From: a virus
Lineage: Duplodnaviria; Caudoviricetes
Direction: 5' to 3' (one strand)
IMG/VR virus record: IMGVR_UViG_3300020360_000085
Span: 32,001 to 96,000 of that record
Length of the DNA: 64,000 nt
Below are positions 1 to 9,804 of this stretch, one piece after another. Each line of letters begins with the position of its first letter. The stretch's first letter is position 1. The notes beneath the pieces are model-generated. The model made no database searches. It saw nothing but the letters and a program-made list of their open reading frames with translations, and had not been told where the DNA came from. The translations under genes were made by a program, and so were the position numbers.

Positions 1-1
1 G

Positions 2-859
2 CATAAAATCATTTATGTATTGATCCTCATCTCTGTTTTCTTCTATCCATTCATCAACAAGATCAGACACATACCCGTCATCATATGCTTTTTCTTTTAC
101 ATAATCTTCATAATCTTCATATGCGGAGTCAGGTATGCCAAATTCTGATTCTACTTCGTCTAGAGTCATGTCATCTATATCATATCCACTGCCACTATCT
201 TCTGCACCATACCAAAATGTTTCTGCCTCAAAACCACATCTTATAGGCAAGTCCAAGGCCTCTAAGGCAATTTCTTTCTTGTTGAAGTTTATTTCAAATA
301 ATTCTGGTTTTGCTTCTTTTAAATTTTTCTTGGAAAGTTTTTTAATTTTTTTACTAATGCTTCTTAGTTTTAATTTTTTATTTTTCTTTTTAAGTCTGTT
401 ACCTAACTTCCCTTCTGAAACTTCTGGTACAATTATATCTTCATCTGGATCTAATACAGTTGGGTTATCATTACCTTTTTGTATAACCAAAAACTTCTTT
501 TGTGGACTAGTACCTACAGGTGCTACAACCTTTCCTAGTTCTTTTCTATTTTTATCGTATATTACAGTATCAGGCTCAACATTTTGTATTGCTTTAGCCT
601 TTTGCATTTTAGCATTTCCAAACATATCATCATTATTGCTGGGTTCTACTTTAACTGATGTTGATTTAGATGTATTACTTAATGTAGGAGATGCCGATAC
701 TTTTGCAGTATTTGGCGATGCAGGAACTTTTTTAGATTTATTTAATGAGTTATCTCCTTGAAATCCGAGATCTTTATTTGCGGTAGGCATATTTTTGCCT
801 GGTGTATTACCATATTCTTTAAGCAAATGATTTAATGTTTTAACATCTGTAAATTTCAT
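2..859 (-). CDS. Large protein, 5' part only (runs off left edge); possible amidoligase-2-like domain starting at CGFEAET
   Basis: Missed by the ORF track. ATG at 859 overlaps the upstream TAA; I translated it open to position 2 (MKFTDVKTLNHLLKEY...LPIKCGFEAETFWY...DQYINDFM). The GFExE motif resembles phage amidoligase-like proteins; the function call is tentative. Confidence 0.7.
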   Translation of the reverse strand, partial: MKFTDVKTLNHLLKEYGNTPGKNMPTANKDLGFQGDNSLNKSKKVPASPNTAKVSASPTLSNTSKSTSVKVEPSNNDDMFGNAKMQKAKAIQNVEPDTVIYDKNRKELGKVVAPVGTSPQKKFLVIQKGNDNPTVLDPDEDIIVPEVSEGKLGNRLKKKNKKLKLRSISKKIKKLSKKNLKEAKPELFEINFNKKEIALEALDLPIRCGFEAETFWYGAEDSGSGYDIDDMTLDEVESEFGIPDSAYEDYEDYVKEKAYDDGYVSDLVDEWIEENRDEDQYINDFM

Positions 860-1146
860 TATCTTCTTCTTTTGTTTAAAGTTTTTAAACGTCTACTTGC
901 TGGATTCATCCTTTTAGTTCTTTGTGCTCTTCTTGCCATTCTTGTGCCTAATCTAGATTTAGTTCTTTTCAGCATAAGTCTTTTTTTCATATCTATAGGA
1001 GCATTACATTGTGATGCGTTAGATACTACACGTCCTTTTCTTCTACCGCTAGTACAACGTATTGCACGTTTTACTTTGTTACCCATTCTACGCCATACCA
1101 TTCTGGCTTCTAGAATAGGTTCTTCTGTAAATTCTTCTAATCTCAT
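859..1146 (-). CDS. Small, very basic hypothetical protein
   Basis: 95 aa, R/K-rich, two Cys; translationally coupled to both neighbours. Confidence 0.75.
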   Translation of the reverse strand: MRLEEFTEEPILEARMVWRRMGNKVKRAIRCTSGRRKGRVVSNASQCNAPIDMKKRLMLKRTKSRLGTRMARRAQRTKRMNPASRRLKTLNKRRR

Positions 1147-1382
1147 ATAAGTCTCATTACTAAAGTAATTACTGTACTTACTAATGATGTTACAGTAATA
1201 GCAACAATAGAAATAATCCAGTTTTCTAATTTATCTAATCTGCTTTTAGTTGTTTCTTTAAATTCTCTTATTTCTGCTGTAATGCTTTCTATTCTAAGCA
1301 TGTCTGCAATAATATGAGCCTCTATGTTACCGTCCTCGATGTAAGGCTTTGGCATTTTATCTGGTTGAGGTTTCTTTGGCAT
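1143..1382 (-). CDS. Small membrane protein (coiled coil plus C-terminal TM helix)
   Basis: 79 aa; hydrophobic C-terminus WIISIVAITVTSLVSTVITLV; overlaps the next gene by 4 nt. Confidence 0.7.
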   Translation of the reverse strand: MPKKPQPDKMPKPYIEDGNIEAHIIADMLRIESITAEIREFKETTKSRLDKLENWIISIVAITVTSLVSTVITLVMRLI

Positions 1383-1391
1383 TTTTTATTC

Positions 1392-1796
1392 CTACAGTAA
1401 ATCTTGTTTAGTAAATTCCATATTAATTGAACTTTCAGTATCAATTGTACCACCGTTCAATACTATTCCATTTAATTCAGTTTTTAATGTGTCTACAGAG
1501 TGTACGCCTTCTCTTTCAAAAGCAAATTTAAAAATGTGTCCTGCTCCAGTAAGTGTAGGTGCTCCATAATTTTCTAATACATTTGCACCACTACCATTTA
1601 ATGCTACTGGATTATTCATAACAACTGGTTGTGCTCTTAATCCTATAACTTGTACTACACTTTCAAAGTCTTTTTGTGTATTATCACTAAAATCACCTGT
1701 ACTAGTAATATCTATAGTTGTAAACAATGTATAAAATTCTATGTTGCCAGAGACAACCTCCGAACTTCCCATTGCACCACTTCTTGTTAAACTCAT
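1392..1796 (-). CDS. Hypothetical late protein, probably virion-associated
   Basis: Start moved to the ATG at 1796 (MSLTRSG): SD GGAG and late promoter GATAAATA at 1817-1824 lie inside the ORF-track N-terminus. Confidence 0.7.
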   Translation of the reverse strand: MSLTRSGAMGSSEVVSGNIEFYTLFTTIDITSTGDFSDNTQKDFESVVQVIGLRAQPVVMNNPVALNGSGANVLENYGAPTLTGAGHIFKFAFEREGVHSVDTLKTELNGIVLNGGTIDTESSINMEFTKQDLL

Positions 1797-1845
1797 GTGT
1801 GTCTCCGTCTTTCTACTATTTATCGGTTTCACAAAAAGTCAAGTC

Positions 1846-1877
1846 AAAAAAAATCCCCACAGTAAGTGAGGATTTTT
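1846..1877 (-). terminator. Rho-independent terminator
   Basis: AAAAATCCTCAC-TTACT-GTGGGGATTTTTTTT; a G.U pair forms only on the minus strand. Confidence 0.8.
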
Positions 1878-1891
1878 AAAAGTTTTTTAGA

Positions 1892-2263
1892 TTATGCTAA
1901 AATAAATGTTTTTGCTGTAACTGTTGCGTTAGCCAAGTTGACTCCGTCAACTGTACCTAATGCCTGAATAACGTCTTCCAAGTGAACCGCTAATGTTTCA
2001 CTATTAGAACCGTCATATGTGTCAGTACCTTTTTCTCCATCAACCATAAATGCTATTGTTTGATTTGTGTCATACAATGCACTATAACCTAGGATAGAAA
2101 GATTTTCATTTAAAATAGAATGAAAAACTGTTTGGATTGCACTATCTGGACCAGTTTTTGCGTTTACGGCCGCTCCAAATCCAACTTCAAAAAATGTTGG
2201 TTTTAGACCTATCATAAACTTTTCTTCATCCACATGTACAGGGTTTACCTTAGTTTGCGCCAT
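1892..2263 (-). CDS. MAQ(T/S)-family small protein 3, probably an abundant virion protein
   Basis: 123 aa; own late promoter (2305-2312), 5' hairpin, SD AGGAG, own terminator. Confidence 0.75.
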   Translation of the reverse strand: MAQTKVNPVHVDEEKFMIGLKPTFFEVGFGAAVNAKTGPDSAIQTVFHSILNENLSILGYSALYDTNQTIAFMVDGEKGTDTYDGSNSETLAVHLEDVIQALGTVDGVNLANATVTAKTFILA

Positions 2264-2322
2264 GTTGTTCTCCTATGTTAGTACCCTTTTGGTACCTATG
2301 CAAATATTTATCTTTCTGTCAT

Positions 2323-2348
2323 AAAAAAAGGGCATGTAAAATGCCCTT
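2323..2348 (-). terminator. Rho-independent terminator
   Basis: AAGGGCAT-TTTAC-ATGCCCTTTTTTT. Confidence 0.8.
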
Positions 2349-2367
2349 CTTTATATTAAGTTTAAAC

Positions 2368-2712
2368 TTAACTAATAGCCATATCAGTTCCAAGTGTAAC
2401 TGTTGCTGATGCAAAACTATAACTGTTTGCTTCTTGTGTTCCAATTGCTTGTAATTGTGCCTGGACAGCAGTTGCATCGAATTGACTTCCGTCAACTATA
2501 CAATGTATTTTACCTGCTGATGCTGAAGGAACAACATACATAAGTGGTTGAATAATGCTTAATGCTCTTTCAACTGCTTCAAAAGGCGCATCGTCCTCTG
2601 CTTGTAAGTCTGCACCTGTATCAACTAAAACTGCTAATAGGTTGTGTCTTGATATAAGGGTACCCGTTGCGAATTCGGCTACTCCTTTACCTTCTCCTTT
2701 TGTTTGTGCCAT
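2368..2712 (-). CDS. MAQ(T/S)-family small protein 2, probably an abundant virion protein
   Basis: 114 aa; late promoter 2760-2767, 5' hairpin TATAGAC-AAAC-GTCTATA, SD AGGAG. Confidence 0.75.
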   Translation of the reverse strand: MAQTKGEGKGVAEFATGTLISRHNLLAVLVDTGADLQAEDDAPFEAVERALSIIQPLMYVVPSASAGKIHCIVDGSQFDATAVQAQLQAIGTQEANSYSFASATVTLGTDMAIS

Positions 2713-2798
2713 TTTTTTCTCCTAAATTTTTCTATAGACGTTTGTCTATATCTTACTTTTATTTATCATTTTTTAATTATTTTAAAAAGTTTAATGAT

Positions 2799-2827
2799 AA
2801 AAAAAGGCAGTATAAAACTGCCTTTTT
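2799..2827 (-). terminator. Rho-independent terminator
   Basis: AAAAAGGCAG-TTTTATA-CTGCCTTTTTTT. Confidence 0.8.
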
Positions 2828-2846
2828 AAAAGTTTTTTAGTTAAAC

Positions 2847-3116
2847 TTAGAAACTGATGTCTGCAATAACGTGTCCTGCTAGGTCACCATTTGCAAGGTT
2901 GTCAGCACCTTCTAGTATAAATTTTACTGTATCTTGAGTTCCTGCTGTGAAATCTCCAACTTTTAATACTGAAAGGTTTAATTGCTGGACTGAACTAACT
3001 AATGCTGTTAATTGTGATGCACTAATGTTTCCTGATTGTTGTTGGAAACTTTTTAAGAATACATCTTTACCAATAAACTCACCAGCCGCCGCCGCTCTTC
3101 TATCTGATTGTGCCAT
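2847..3116 (-). CDS. MAQ(T/S)-family small protein 1, probably an abundant virion protein
   Basis: 89 aa; late promoter 3163-3170, SD AGGAG. Confidence 0.75.
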   Translation of the reverse strand: MAQSDRRAAAAGEFIGKDVFLKSFQQQSGNISASQLTALVSSVQQLNLSVLKVGDFTAGTQDTVKFILEGADNLANGDLAGHVIADISF

Positions 3117-3206
3117 TGTATTTCTCCTAAATTGTTTAGCGACTAAATATCGCCGTTACATTTATTTATCTGATTCGTAAAAAATTTTGAGTATATATTT
3201 GATTTT

Positions 3207-3731
3207 TTAAGATGCTCTTGTTCTACCAAGTTTGGATTGGTAGGATACTTGTGGTGTAGGTAAAAGTTTTGCTAAATCGGTATCTGCATAATCTGATGTA
3301 AACTTTACTAAACCAACCACACCAGTTTCTACACCTTTAACAAACCCTTGATCTATAACTGGTAAGTACTTTTTAAATTCTTGTGGTGTAAATTCACCTC
3401 TTAATTTACCGTGTGTTTCTTCGTTCCAACCTCTTTGATACTTTTTCCTTATTGCATTTGATTGCTCATTAGGATCTGCTACTTTTATTTTGCCTGTTTC
3501 TTCTGCTGTTTTTAACTTATTTATTTTTGTTTTCATTTCGTTTCTTGCTCTAGTTTCAGCCGCTTGTTGGGCCGCATCAACAGAAGTATATCTAGGATCA
3601 GTCCTGGTTCTTTGTAATTGTTGAGCAACTTGTTTGTCATAAGGATCTCCAGAGGCAATAAGACTCTGATAAACCATATCTGCTTCTTTCTGATCTATTT
3701 CTTCTTTTAAAATTATATCATTTATTTTCAT
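3207..3731 (-). CDS. Hypothetical protein
   Basis: Likely start MKINDIILKE at 3731 (ATGA overlap with the upstream stop). Confidence 0.7.
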   Translation of the reverse strand: MKINDIILKEEIDQKEADMVYQSLIASGDPYDKQVAQQLQRTRTDPRYTSVDAAQQAAETRARNEMKTKINKLKTAEETGKIKVADPNEQSNAIRKKYQRGWNEETHGKLRGEFTPQEFKKYLPVIDQGFVKGVETGVVGLVKFTSDYADTDLAKLLPTPQVSYQSKLGRTRAS

Positions 3732-4525
3732 GATTGTCTTTGTCTTCCTCCGGCCCAATAACCTGCTATTGCACCAATACCTGTTCCTGCTCTTTTATAT
3801 TTATCTACATCTTTGCCAAATTTTTGTGCTATCTTTTTACCTGCATACCTTCCTGCTACTGCACCTGCTACTGCACCTGCTACCTTTCTGCCAGTACCTG
3901 GCCTTCTTTTATACTTGTCTGTGATTTCATAACTTCTATATTTTGTCATAGTTTGCAATGGAGTCATCATTTCACTGCCTAATCCTATACGTCTAAATTC
4001 CTGAATTAGTTTTGATGTTACATATTGTTTAGATCTAAACTTAGTGCTTTGCCAATCAGTTGCTAATCTCCTCCAGGACTTGTATCTAGCATCTTTAATT
4101 TTAAGTTGATTTTCCAAACTAATAAAAAATGAAACAGGTCCATCTACAATGGCACCTCTGCCTATTTTATTAAAAAAGTTCCAGTGCCTTCTGTTTTGTA
4201 ATTTTATACTTTTTAAAAATCCAGTACTAATTAAATGATCTTTTAACTTAATATTATCGTTATCAGGATTATCTATTACATATCCTAGCAAATATAAATC
4301 TGTTGCATGTGTTCTAAACAGAGCATAAGGGCCATATTGGGTAGTCCTTTTTGCGTATGCTTTTGCAAAGTTTGTTTGTTTGGAATCTTTTTCCATTATG
4401 TATATGGCCAAACTGGTTAAGTAAAATAAATCTGCAACATCACGTCCAGTTAAGTTTTGGTAATTACGAGAAGTTCTAAAAAGTCTGCCTTCTGTAATTT
4501 CATTATCTAAAAAATCTAATTCCAT
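3728..4525 (-). CDS. Hypothetical protein with C-terminal glycine-zipper segment
   Basis: Likely start MELDFLDNE at 4525, just after the upstream stop; GAVAGAVAGRYAG...GTGIGAIAG. Confidence 0.7.
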   Translation of the reverse strand: MELDFLDNEITEGRLFRTSRNYQNLTGRDVADLFYLTSLAIYIMEKDSKQTNFAKAYAKRTTQYGPYALFRTHATDLYLLGYVIDNPDNDNIKLKDHLISTGFLKSIKLQNRRHWNFFNKIGRGAIVDGPVSFFISLENQLKIKDARYKSWRRLATDWQSTKFRSKQYVTSKLIQEFRRIGLGSEMMTPLQTMTKYRSYEITDKYKRRPGTGRKVAGAVAGAVAGRYAGKKIAQKFGKDVDKYKRAGTGIGAIAGYWAGGRQRQS

Positions 4526-4526
4526 T

Positions 4527-5786
4527 TTACTCACCAGGCCTACCTGAACCAAAATTTAATCTGCTAAACTCTAATCTATCAATAATTTTTAAGGCACTTC
4601 CCATTCTGTCTACTGCAACAAATCCTTCTTCTGCTGTAACCTCAAATCCATTTTCTGTTTCTTTAAATGTAGGCATCTGTCTGATAGTTTCTAATTTTTG
4701 TACAATTAAATTTTTAGCACCAATTAATTTTGTATATAAGTCATATACACCTACAATACTATTCACATACTCTTTTAAAAATTTTACACCATCTACTAAA
4801 ATTTTTCTATACTCGTCCTGCTTTTTTTCTGTTTTATATCCATCTATCTTTTTTTCCATACGAGCAATATAACTTTGTGTAAACTCACTTGCAAATTTGG
4901 CTGGGTCTTGTTCTATGTAGCCGTCTCTGATGTTGCTGTTTACATGTGCTTTTAAATATTGTATAAATTCTTTACCTATTACATCAGAACCTTTTTCTAT
5001 CCAGTCAAACATTGGTTTACCAATTTTAGTTAAATAATTATTTGCATCTGATATAGCCTTAATCATTTCAACACTTTCCTGCTCTGTAAGTGTTACTGTA
5101 CCACTAAGATCTTTTATAGTGGCATCTCTAAACCATACATCTTTGTTTTTTGTTAATCCACTGCTATTGTATCCAAATTTTGCAGTAGTATCTGCAAGTG
5201 TTGGTCCGCCAACATATTCTGTATGAAATACTATACCCATATTGGATTGCAGTATTTCGTTTGCTAAATCACTGCCTTTAGGTACAGCATATAACAATGT
5301 GTTAGGTTTAAAATATACTACATCGTCACCATCAATTGTGCCTGTTTGTACCGTATCCTTTTTAAATAACATGTCGCCTTGCACAACTGTATCTATGTTT
5401 AACTTGGACAAATTTTCCAATGCTACTTTTAAAATATCCTGTAAACCACTATCTGGATGGTTTTCTTCAATGTCTTTATTTGTAAAATTTATTTTGGGTT
5501 TTTGTGCAAATACACCTTTTGTACCAACAAAAAATTTACCTGTTTCTGGATCTCTGCCACAAACTATTGCTGGAGCACCGTCCCATTTTGTTGTCATAGA
5601 TATTTTTGTTTTGCTACTGCCTTCCAGCATTTCATGTAAACTGTGAAGATAATCAACTGCCTCTTTGGCACCTTCATATCCTTTATTAAAAATATTATCT
5701 TCTAGATGTTCTAAATGAGTGTTTTTACCTTCTGCTTCTAATAAAATACTTTTGAGAATATTTTTATGTAAATCTGTAAACTTCAT
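4527..5786 (-). CDS. Conserved phage protein with ligase-like (covalent nucleotidyltransferase) motifs
   Basis: 419 aa; TKWDG (motif I KxDG), QGD, EGFV..K (motifs IV/V-like). Confidence 0.55.
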   Translation of the reverse strand: MKFTDLHKNILKSILLEAEGKNTHLEHLEDNIFNKGYEGAKEAVDYLHSLHEMLEGSSKTKISMTTKWDGAPAIVCGRDPETGKFFVGTKGVFAQKPKINFTNKDIEENHPDSGLQDILKVALENLSKLNIDTVVQGDMLFKKDTVQTGTIDGDDVVYFKPNTLLYAVPKGSDLANEILQSNMGIVFHTEYVGGPTLADTTAKFGYNSSGLTKNKDVWFRDATIKDLSGTVTLTEQESVEMIKAISDANNYLTKIGKPMFDWIEKGSDVIGKEFIQYLKAHVNSNIRDGYIEQDPAKFASEFTQSYIARMEKKIDGYKTEKKQDEYRKILVDGVKFLKEYVNSIVGVYDLYTKLIGAKNLIVQKLETIRQMPTFKETENGFEVTAEEGFVAVDRMGSALKIIDRLEFSRLNFGSGRPGE

Positions 5787-8122
5787 TAAACATTCCCAAA
5801 ATTAGGACTATTAGGATCAGTAGGATCTTCACCTTCAAATGGTTCTGCCGCCCATTCTTCAAATTCCTCAATTAGGCCTTCCTCTCTCATTTTTTTATAT
5901 TGTTCATATGTTAATAAACTTGCTGTTGTGATTTCAAAACCGTTTGTAGCATTTTGTTCACTCTTTACCCAACATGTTCCTTCCATAGGTACAGTTTGTC
6001 CTGGTTTTCCTAGTTCATTTCTTTTTAGTCCAACTATTTTAGCAGGTATAGGCTTGCCTTGTTGACTGGTGTTCTTACCACCAATAAAAAGCACCACATC
6101 GCCAACTTTGTGCTGTACAGGTTTAAATATAGGATCATCTTGATCGTTTTCATCTTGTTCTGATTGGTTTTTAAATTCGTCTAATAATTTTTCTAACTTA
6201 TCTAAATCTACTAACTTTAAGTAATTGACAACAATAATACCAAATCTGTTTAGTACATTGTGTCTTGTGCCAGGACCAGTGTCATAAATTTCTTGTTCTG
6301 GATTATTAGGATTCTTTATTTTTCTTTTGTCTTCCCATTTTTTTCCTGCAAGTTCTGTATAAACTTCTTCCATTTTTGCTAAATTTCCAGTGGTTGCTCT
6401 TTCTGGTGTACCAGATTGTCCAAAATGATATGCCATATTGTAGCCAACTTGCTCTAAAAATTTAATTAAATTAACATTAGGATGTGCTTGTTCGAATTTT
6501 TTTCTGTAACTTTCTTGCTGAGGAAATAATTTTTTTGGATCAAATATTTTATTTCTAATCTGATTGCCATTTTTATCTATTAAAATACCTGAAGGTCCTT
6601 GTGGTTTTAATCCTTTACTTCTGTAGTATTCTAAATCCTGTACCACTACTTCTGTAGGTGCAACTGGATTCATTTCTATAATAACAACCTTTTTAGGCTT
6701 TCCATCTTTAGACACATAGCCAACAACATCTCCCTCTCTGAATTTAGGTGTGACAAAATCTTCTATTTCTTTTAGCAGTCTGAAAATATTGTCACCGTAT
6801 GGTGCAAATTTAAAACCTTTATCATAATTTTTTAAAAGATCTGGTTTTTGGTTATATTTTTGTTCAAATTCTTTTGCAAGGTCTTGTAAAAATTGTCTCA
6901 TTCTTATTAAACCATCCTCAGAATTTCGCCAATTTTTTATTTGGATAACAAATGAATCTGGATTTCTTAAATTAAATAATTTACCATCAGGGTCATGTCT
7001 GTTTCCTTTACGTCTGTCAAAGAAACTTTGAACAGGTTTTTTCAGTAAAGACCCTGCAACATCTCCTATAACACCAAAAAGTTTACCCATTGCATTTAAT
7101 TTAGGATCATTTTGGAATCTCATGCCTTTATTTGAATAAGAACTTAATCTAAAAGCACCATTTTGCCATATTTTCATAAAAGTACTTTTATCACCAGGAC
7201 GTAAATTGGTTTTGCCGTCTGGCTGTTTGCCCTTTATAGCCATCAGCATTTCATGTTCAGGGGAGCCTCTGTCTATTTTTTTGTTGTTTACAGGGTTCAA
7301 CCAATAGCCTTCAACTGCTTCTCCAGTATTTGGATCTTTTACTTGCTTATAAATAAAAATTATTTCTTTGCCATTTTTGTCTTTAAATCCAGGTAACTTT
7401 GCTTTGTCTCCGTCTTTCAACGGTTTTGCATTATCTTGATCTTTTAGTATGTCATCTATAGTACGTTGTATATTTTCTTCTCTGTGGGTTACTAAAAGTT
7501 CTGAAGTTCTATTTCCTTGTTCATCAAATCCAGAAAAGTTCATTAACTTTTTATATGTTAAAGCATCTTCAGTTGGATCTATTCTGATTAGATTACCATC
7601 AGGCACTATTCTGAACCAATTTCCTTCAGTACCAACTGCTGTTTTGGGTTTTGCATTTACCCATTTTTTTAAATTTATGCCGTTTGCTCTTCCGTTTACA
7701 GGAAAATTTACAAACTGTAATTGCTTAGTATCTGGATTTATTTCTGTTTCGCCAGGGTAAACTGTTTTGTAAAAATCTCTTCTTGCAGATTCGAATTCTG
7801 CACTTAGATATTTTCCACCTATCCAAATATGATAGTTGCCTGGTCGGTCAAGATTACCTCTTGTATCAAATCCTATATAGAAAAACTTTTGTATTATTTG
7901 ATCTAAAGCATCACCTGTATAACCTAAAAAGTATCTTTGTGGAATAGATTCTATTCCCATAGATTCAGCATTTCTCCAATTGGGTTCTGATTTTACTAAA
8001 GAATTATAGGAACTTGCAGGAGCATTACGGTCCATTCTTCCGTCACTGACATTAAGTAGACGTTCAATATTGTCCGCAATGGCTTCTTTTATAACAGGTT
8101 TAGTGAAATCTTCAAGTAGCAT
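5786..8122 (-). CDS. Large hypothetical protein with two SH3/KOW-like segments
   Basis: 778 aa; FREGDVVGY and HKVGDVVLF segments; coupled to neighbours. Confidence 0.7.
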   Translation of the reverse strand: MLLEDFTKPVIKEAIADNIERLLNVSDGRMDRNAPASSYNSLVKSEPNWRNAESMGIESIPQRYFLGYTGDALDQIIQKFFYIGFDTRGNLDRPGNYHIWIGGKYLSAEFESARRDFYKTVYPGETEINPDTKQLQFVNFPVNGRANGINLKKWVNAKPKTAVGTEGNWFRIVPDGNLIRIDPTEDALTYKKLMNFSGFDEQGNRTSELLVTHREENIQRTIDDILKDQDNAKPLKDGDKAKLPGFKDKNGKEIIFIYKQVKDPNTGEAVEGYWLNPVNNKKIDRGSPEHEMLMAIKGKQPDGKTNLRPGDKSTFMKIWQNGAFRLSSYSNKGMRFQNDPKLNAMGKLFGVIGDVAGSLLKKPVQSFFDRRKGNRHDPDGKLFNLRNPDSFVIQIKNWRNSEDGLIRMRQFLQDLAKEFEQKYNQKPDLLKNYDKGFKFAPYGDNIFRLLKEIEDFVTPKFREGDVVGYVSKDGKPKKVVIIEMNPVAPTEVVVQDLEYYRSKGLKPQGPSGILIDKNGNQIRNKIFDPKKLFPQQESYRKKFEQAHPNVNLIKFLEQVGYNMAYHFGQSGTPERATTGNLAKMEEVYTELAGKKWEDKRKIKNPNNPEQEIYDTGPGTRHNVLNRFGIIVVNYLKLVDLDKLEKLLDEFKNQSEQDENDQDDPIFKPVQHKVGDVVLFIGGKNTSQQGKPIPAKIVGLKRNELGKPGQTVPMEGTCWVKSEQNATNGFEITTASLLTYEQYKKMREEGLIEEFEEWAAEPFEGEDPTDPNSPNFGNV

Positions 8123-8381
8123 CTTTCTGTTCTCTCTGAGATTCTTTTATTATTTTAGTAATACCTCTGGAGAACTTTCTAACGTCTTTGCCCTTGATAC
8201 TGTTTACCAGTCTGTTAGTTAAGTCTTTTGCTGTTTTTTCATCGAAATAAGTTTCGATTTGCTCTATTAAATTGATAGCACTATTGATAACATGCTCTCC
8301 CCTATTAGAGACCACATGGTTTCTGTCTCTGTCGACAGAGATTTGATTAAGTTCCTCTAATATACTGCGGGTTTTCTTCAC
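8112..8381 (-). CDS. Hypothetical protein
   Basis: 89 aa; GTG start with SD GGAG; late promoter GATAAATA at 8413-8420. Confidence 0.7.
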   Translation of the reverse strand: MKKTRSILEELNQISVDRDRNHVVSNRGEHVINSAINLIEQIETYFDEKTAKDLTNRLVNSIKGKDVRKFSRGITKIIKESQREQKDAT

Positions 8382-8421
8382 GTTATCTCCAGAAAAATAT
8401 TATCTATAATGCTATTTATCA

Positions 8422-9804
8422 TTATAAGTCGGTTTTCTTCAGGAACTCTCGCATGTTCATCGTTTGTTCTATTGTGCTTGTTTGCTCTGGATCTTCTGTT
8501 TTTATTGAATTGCTACGTTTTAGTTGATCAACTAAATTGTTTGTAGTAACTGTCATTGCATCTTCTTCATCTTCTCCCAAGTCTTCAATCCTCAATGTAT
8601 CAGGATCAAAACTGAGATCTACTTTTGTGCCAACACCACTACTACTTCTAGTTTTCATAAACTGTATTTGATATCTGCCTTTTTCTCGCATAGCATTACT
8701 TGTAAATATACCCACAACATTATCTGCTGTTTGCACTTTACTAATACCACCTGCTATGTGATGATGATCAAATTCTATTTCTTCTACTGCTCCTCTGTTT
8801 AACTGCGATGCTGTAACAAATAATAAGTCTCTTTCTACTGCTAAATTACGCAACTCCTCAGATACATACTTGTCTTTAATAAATAAATCGCCGCCACTTA
8901 CACGTTGACTTATAGGCATCATTAAATCCAAATAATCAACAAGTAAACAATCAACTTTTTCGCCACATTGTATTTCATACTCACGTAAAAATGTTCTTAT
9001 ATCATTTGCGTTTACACCGTTAGGCATTTGTTTTACCCTAAGTCTGCCGGCACCTTTTGCCTTCATACGCACTTTTAAATCCACATCATCAATGTTTTTC
9101 ATTATTTCTTTAGTACCAAAGCCACTTATCATGGCATCAAGACGCATACTAATTAACTGCTCACTTAACTCTAAACTTATATATACAACATTATAACCTG
9201 CTTGTACCCAATTTACTGCAAAGTTCTGTAAAAATAAACTTTTACCTGCACCACTACCACCTGCAAAAATTGTCATTTCACCTCTGTTTAAACCACCATA
9301 CAGTTTCTGATCTATGCCTTTCCAGCCTGTACTAACTGCACCTGCCTGTTTCTTAATCCATTCCAATCTCTCTTTAGGATTTTCAAAGTAATCTAATCCT
9401 AAATCTTTCACAAGTCCTACCTGACTTGCATCTTTAATTTTGTTTTCCACAGTACCATAATCTTGTTTCTCTAACAAGTCTGTACTTTCAATTATTGCTT
9501 CTTCTAATGCTTTATGTCTACAGAATGTTTCAAATTCATTCATAAACCATTCATGATGATCTGGAGTTACATTTGGAATAGGCTCCAATGTTACACCTGC
9601 AACTGCACTAACTTGCTCAGGTGTGGGAATAGCATTGTGCTTTGTACTATGACTTACAAATAAGTCAACTGCTTTTCTGTATTTTAAATTAAAATAATCA
9701 GGCTTTACAATATTTTGACATCTTGCAAATAAGTCAGGATCGCTTAATAAAAATCTTAAAAATAATTCCTGTGTTTCTTCTGTATATGTTTTTATATCTA
9801 CCAT
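8422..9804 (-). CDS. gp41: Replicative DnaB-like helicase (T4 gp41-like)
   Basis: Walker A GGSGAGKS, VYISLE, LLVDYLD, TASQLNR, KTR motifs. Confidence 0.93.
   Translation of the reverse strand: MVDIKTYTEETQELFLRFLLSDPDLFARCQNIVKPDYFNLKYRKAVDLFVSHSTKHNAIPTPEQVSAVAGVTLEPIPNVTPDHHEWFMNEFETFCRHKALEEAIIESTDLLEKQDYGTVENKIKDASQVGLVKDLGLDYFENPKERLEWIKKQAGAVSTGWKGIDQKLYGGLNRGEMTIFAGGSGAGKSLFLQNFAVNWVQAGYNVVYISLELSEQLISMRLDAMISGFGTKEIMKNIDDVDLKVRMKAKGAGRLRVKQMPNGVNANDIRTFLREYEIQCGEKVDCLLVDYLDLMMPISQRVSGGDLFIKDKYVSEELRNLAVERDLLFVTASQLNRGAVEEIEFDHHHIAGGISKVQTADNVVGIFTSNAMREKGRYQIQFMKTRSSSGVGTKVDLSFDPDTLRIEDLGEDEEDAMTVTTNNLVDQLKRSNSIKTEDPEQTSTIEQTMNMREFLKKTDL

Noticed and set aside
135-761. 208-aa plus-strand ORF from the track
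   Set aside because: Antisense shadow of the minus-strand gene 2..859, which the track missed because it runs off the edge. The same applies to the many short plus-strand ORFs opposite minus-strand genes (e.g. 872, 5242, 7449, 23489, 38998, 62298) and the minus-strand ORFs opposite 46928..49692.
859-1146. Phage-encoded ribosomal protein
   Set aside because: Basic and small, but I recognise no ribosomal family motif.
3854-3883. 12-nt tandem repeat TGCTACTGCACC
   Set aside because: Simply encodes GAVA-GAVA of a glycine zipper; in frame, no sign of phase variation.
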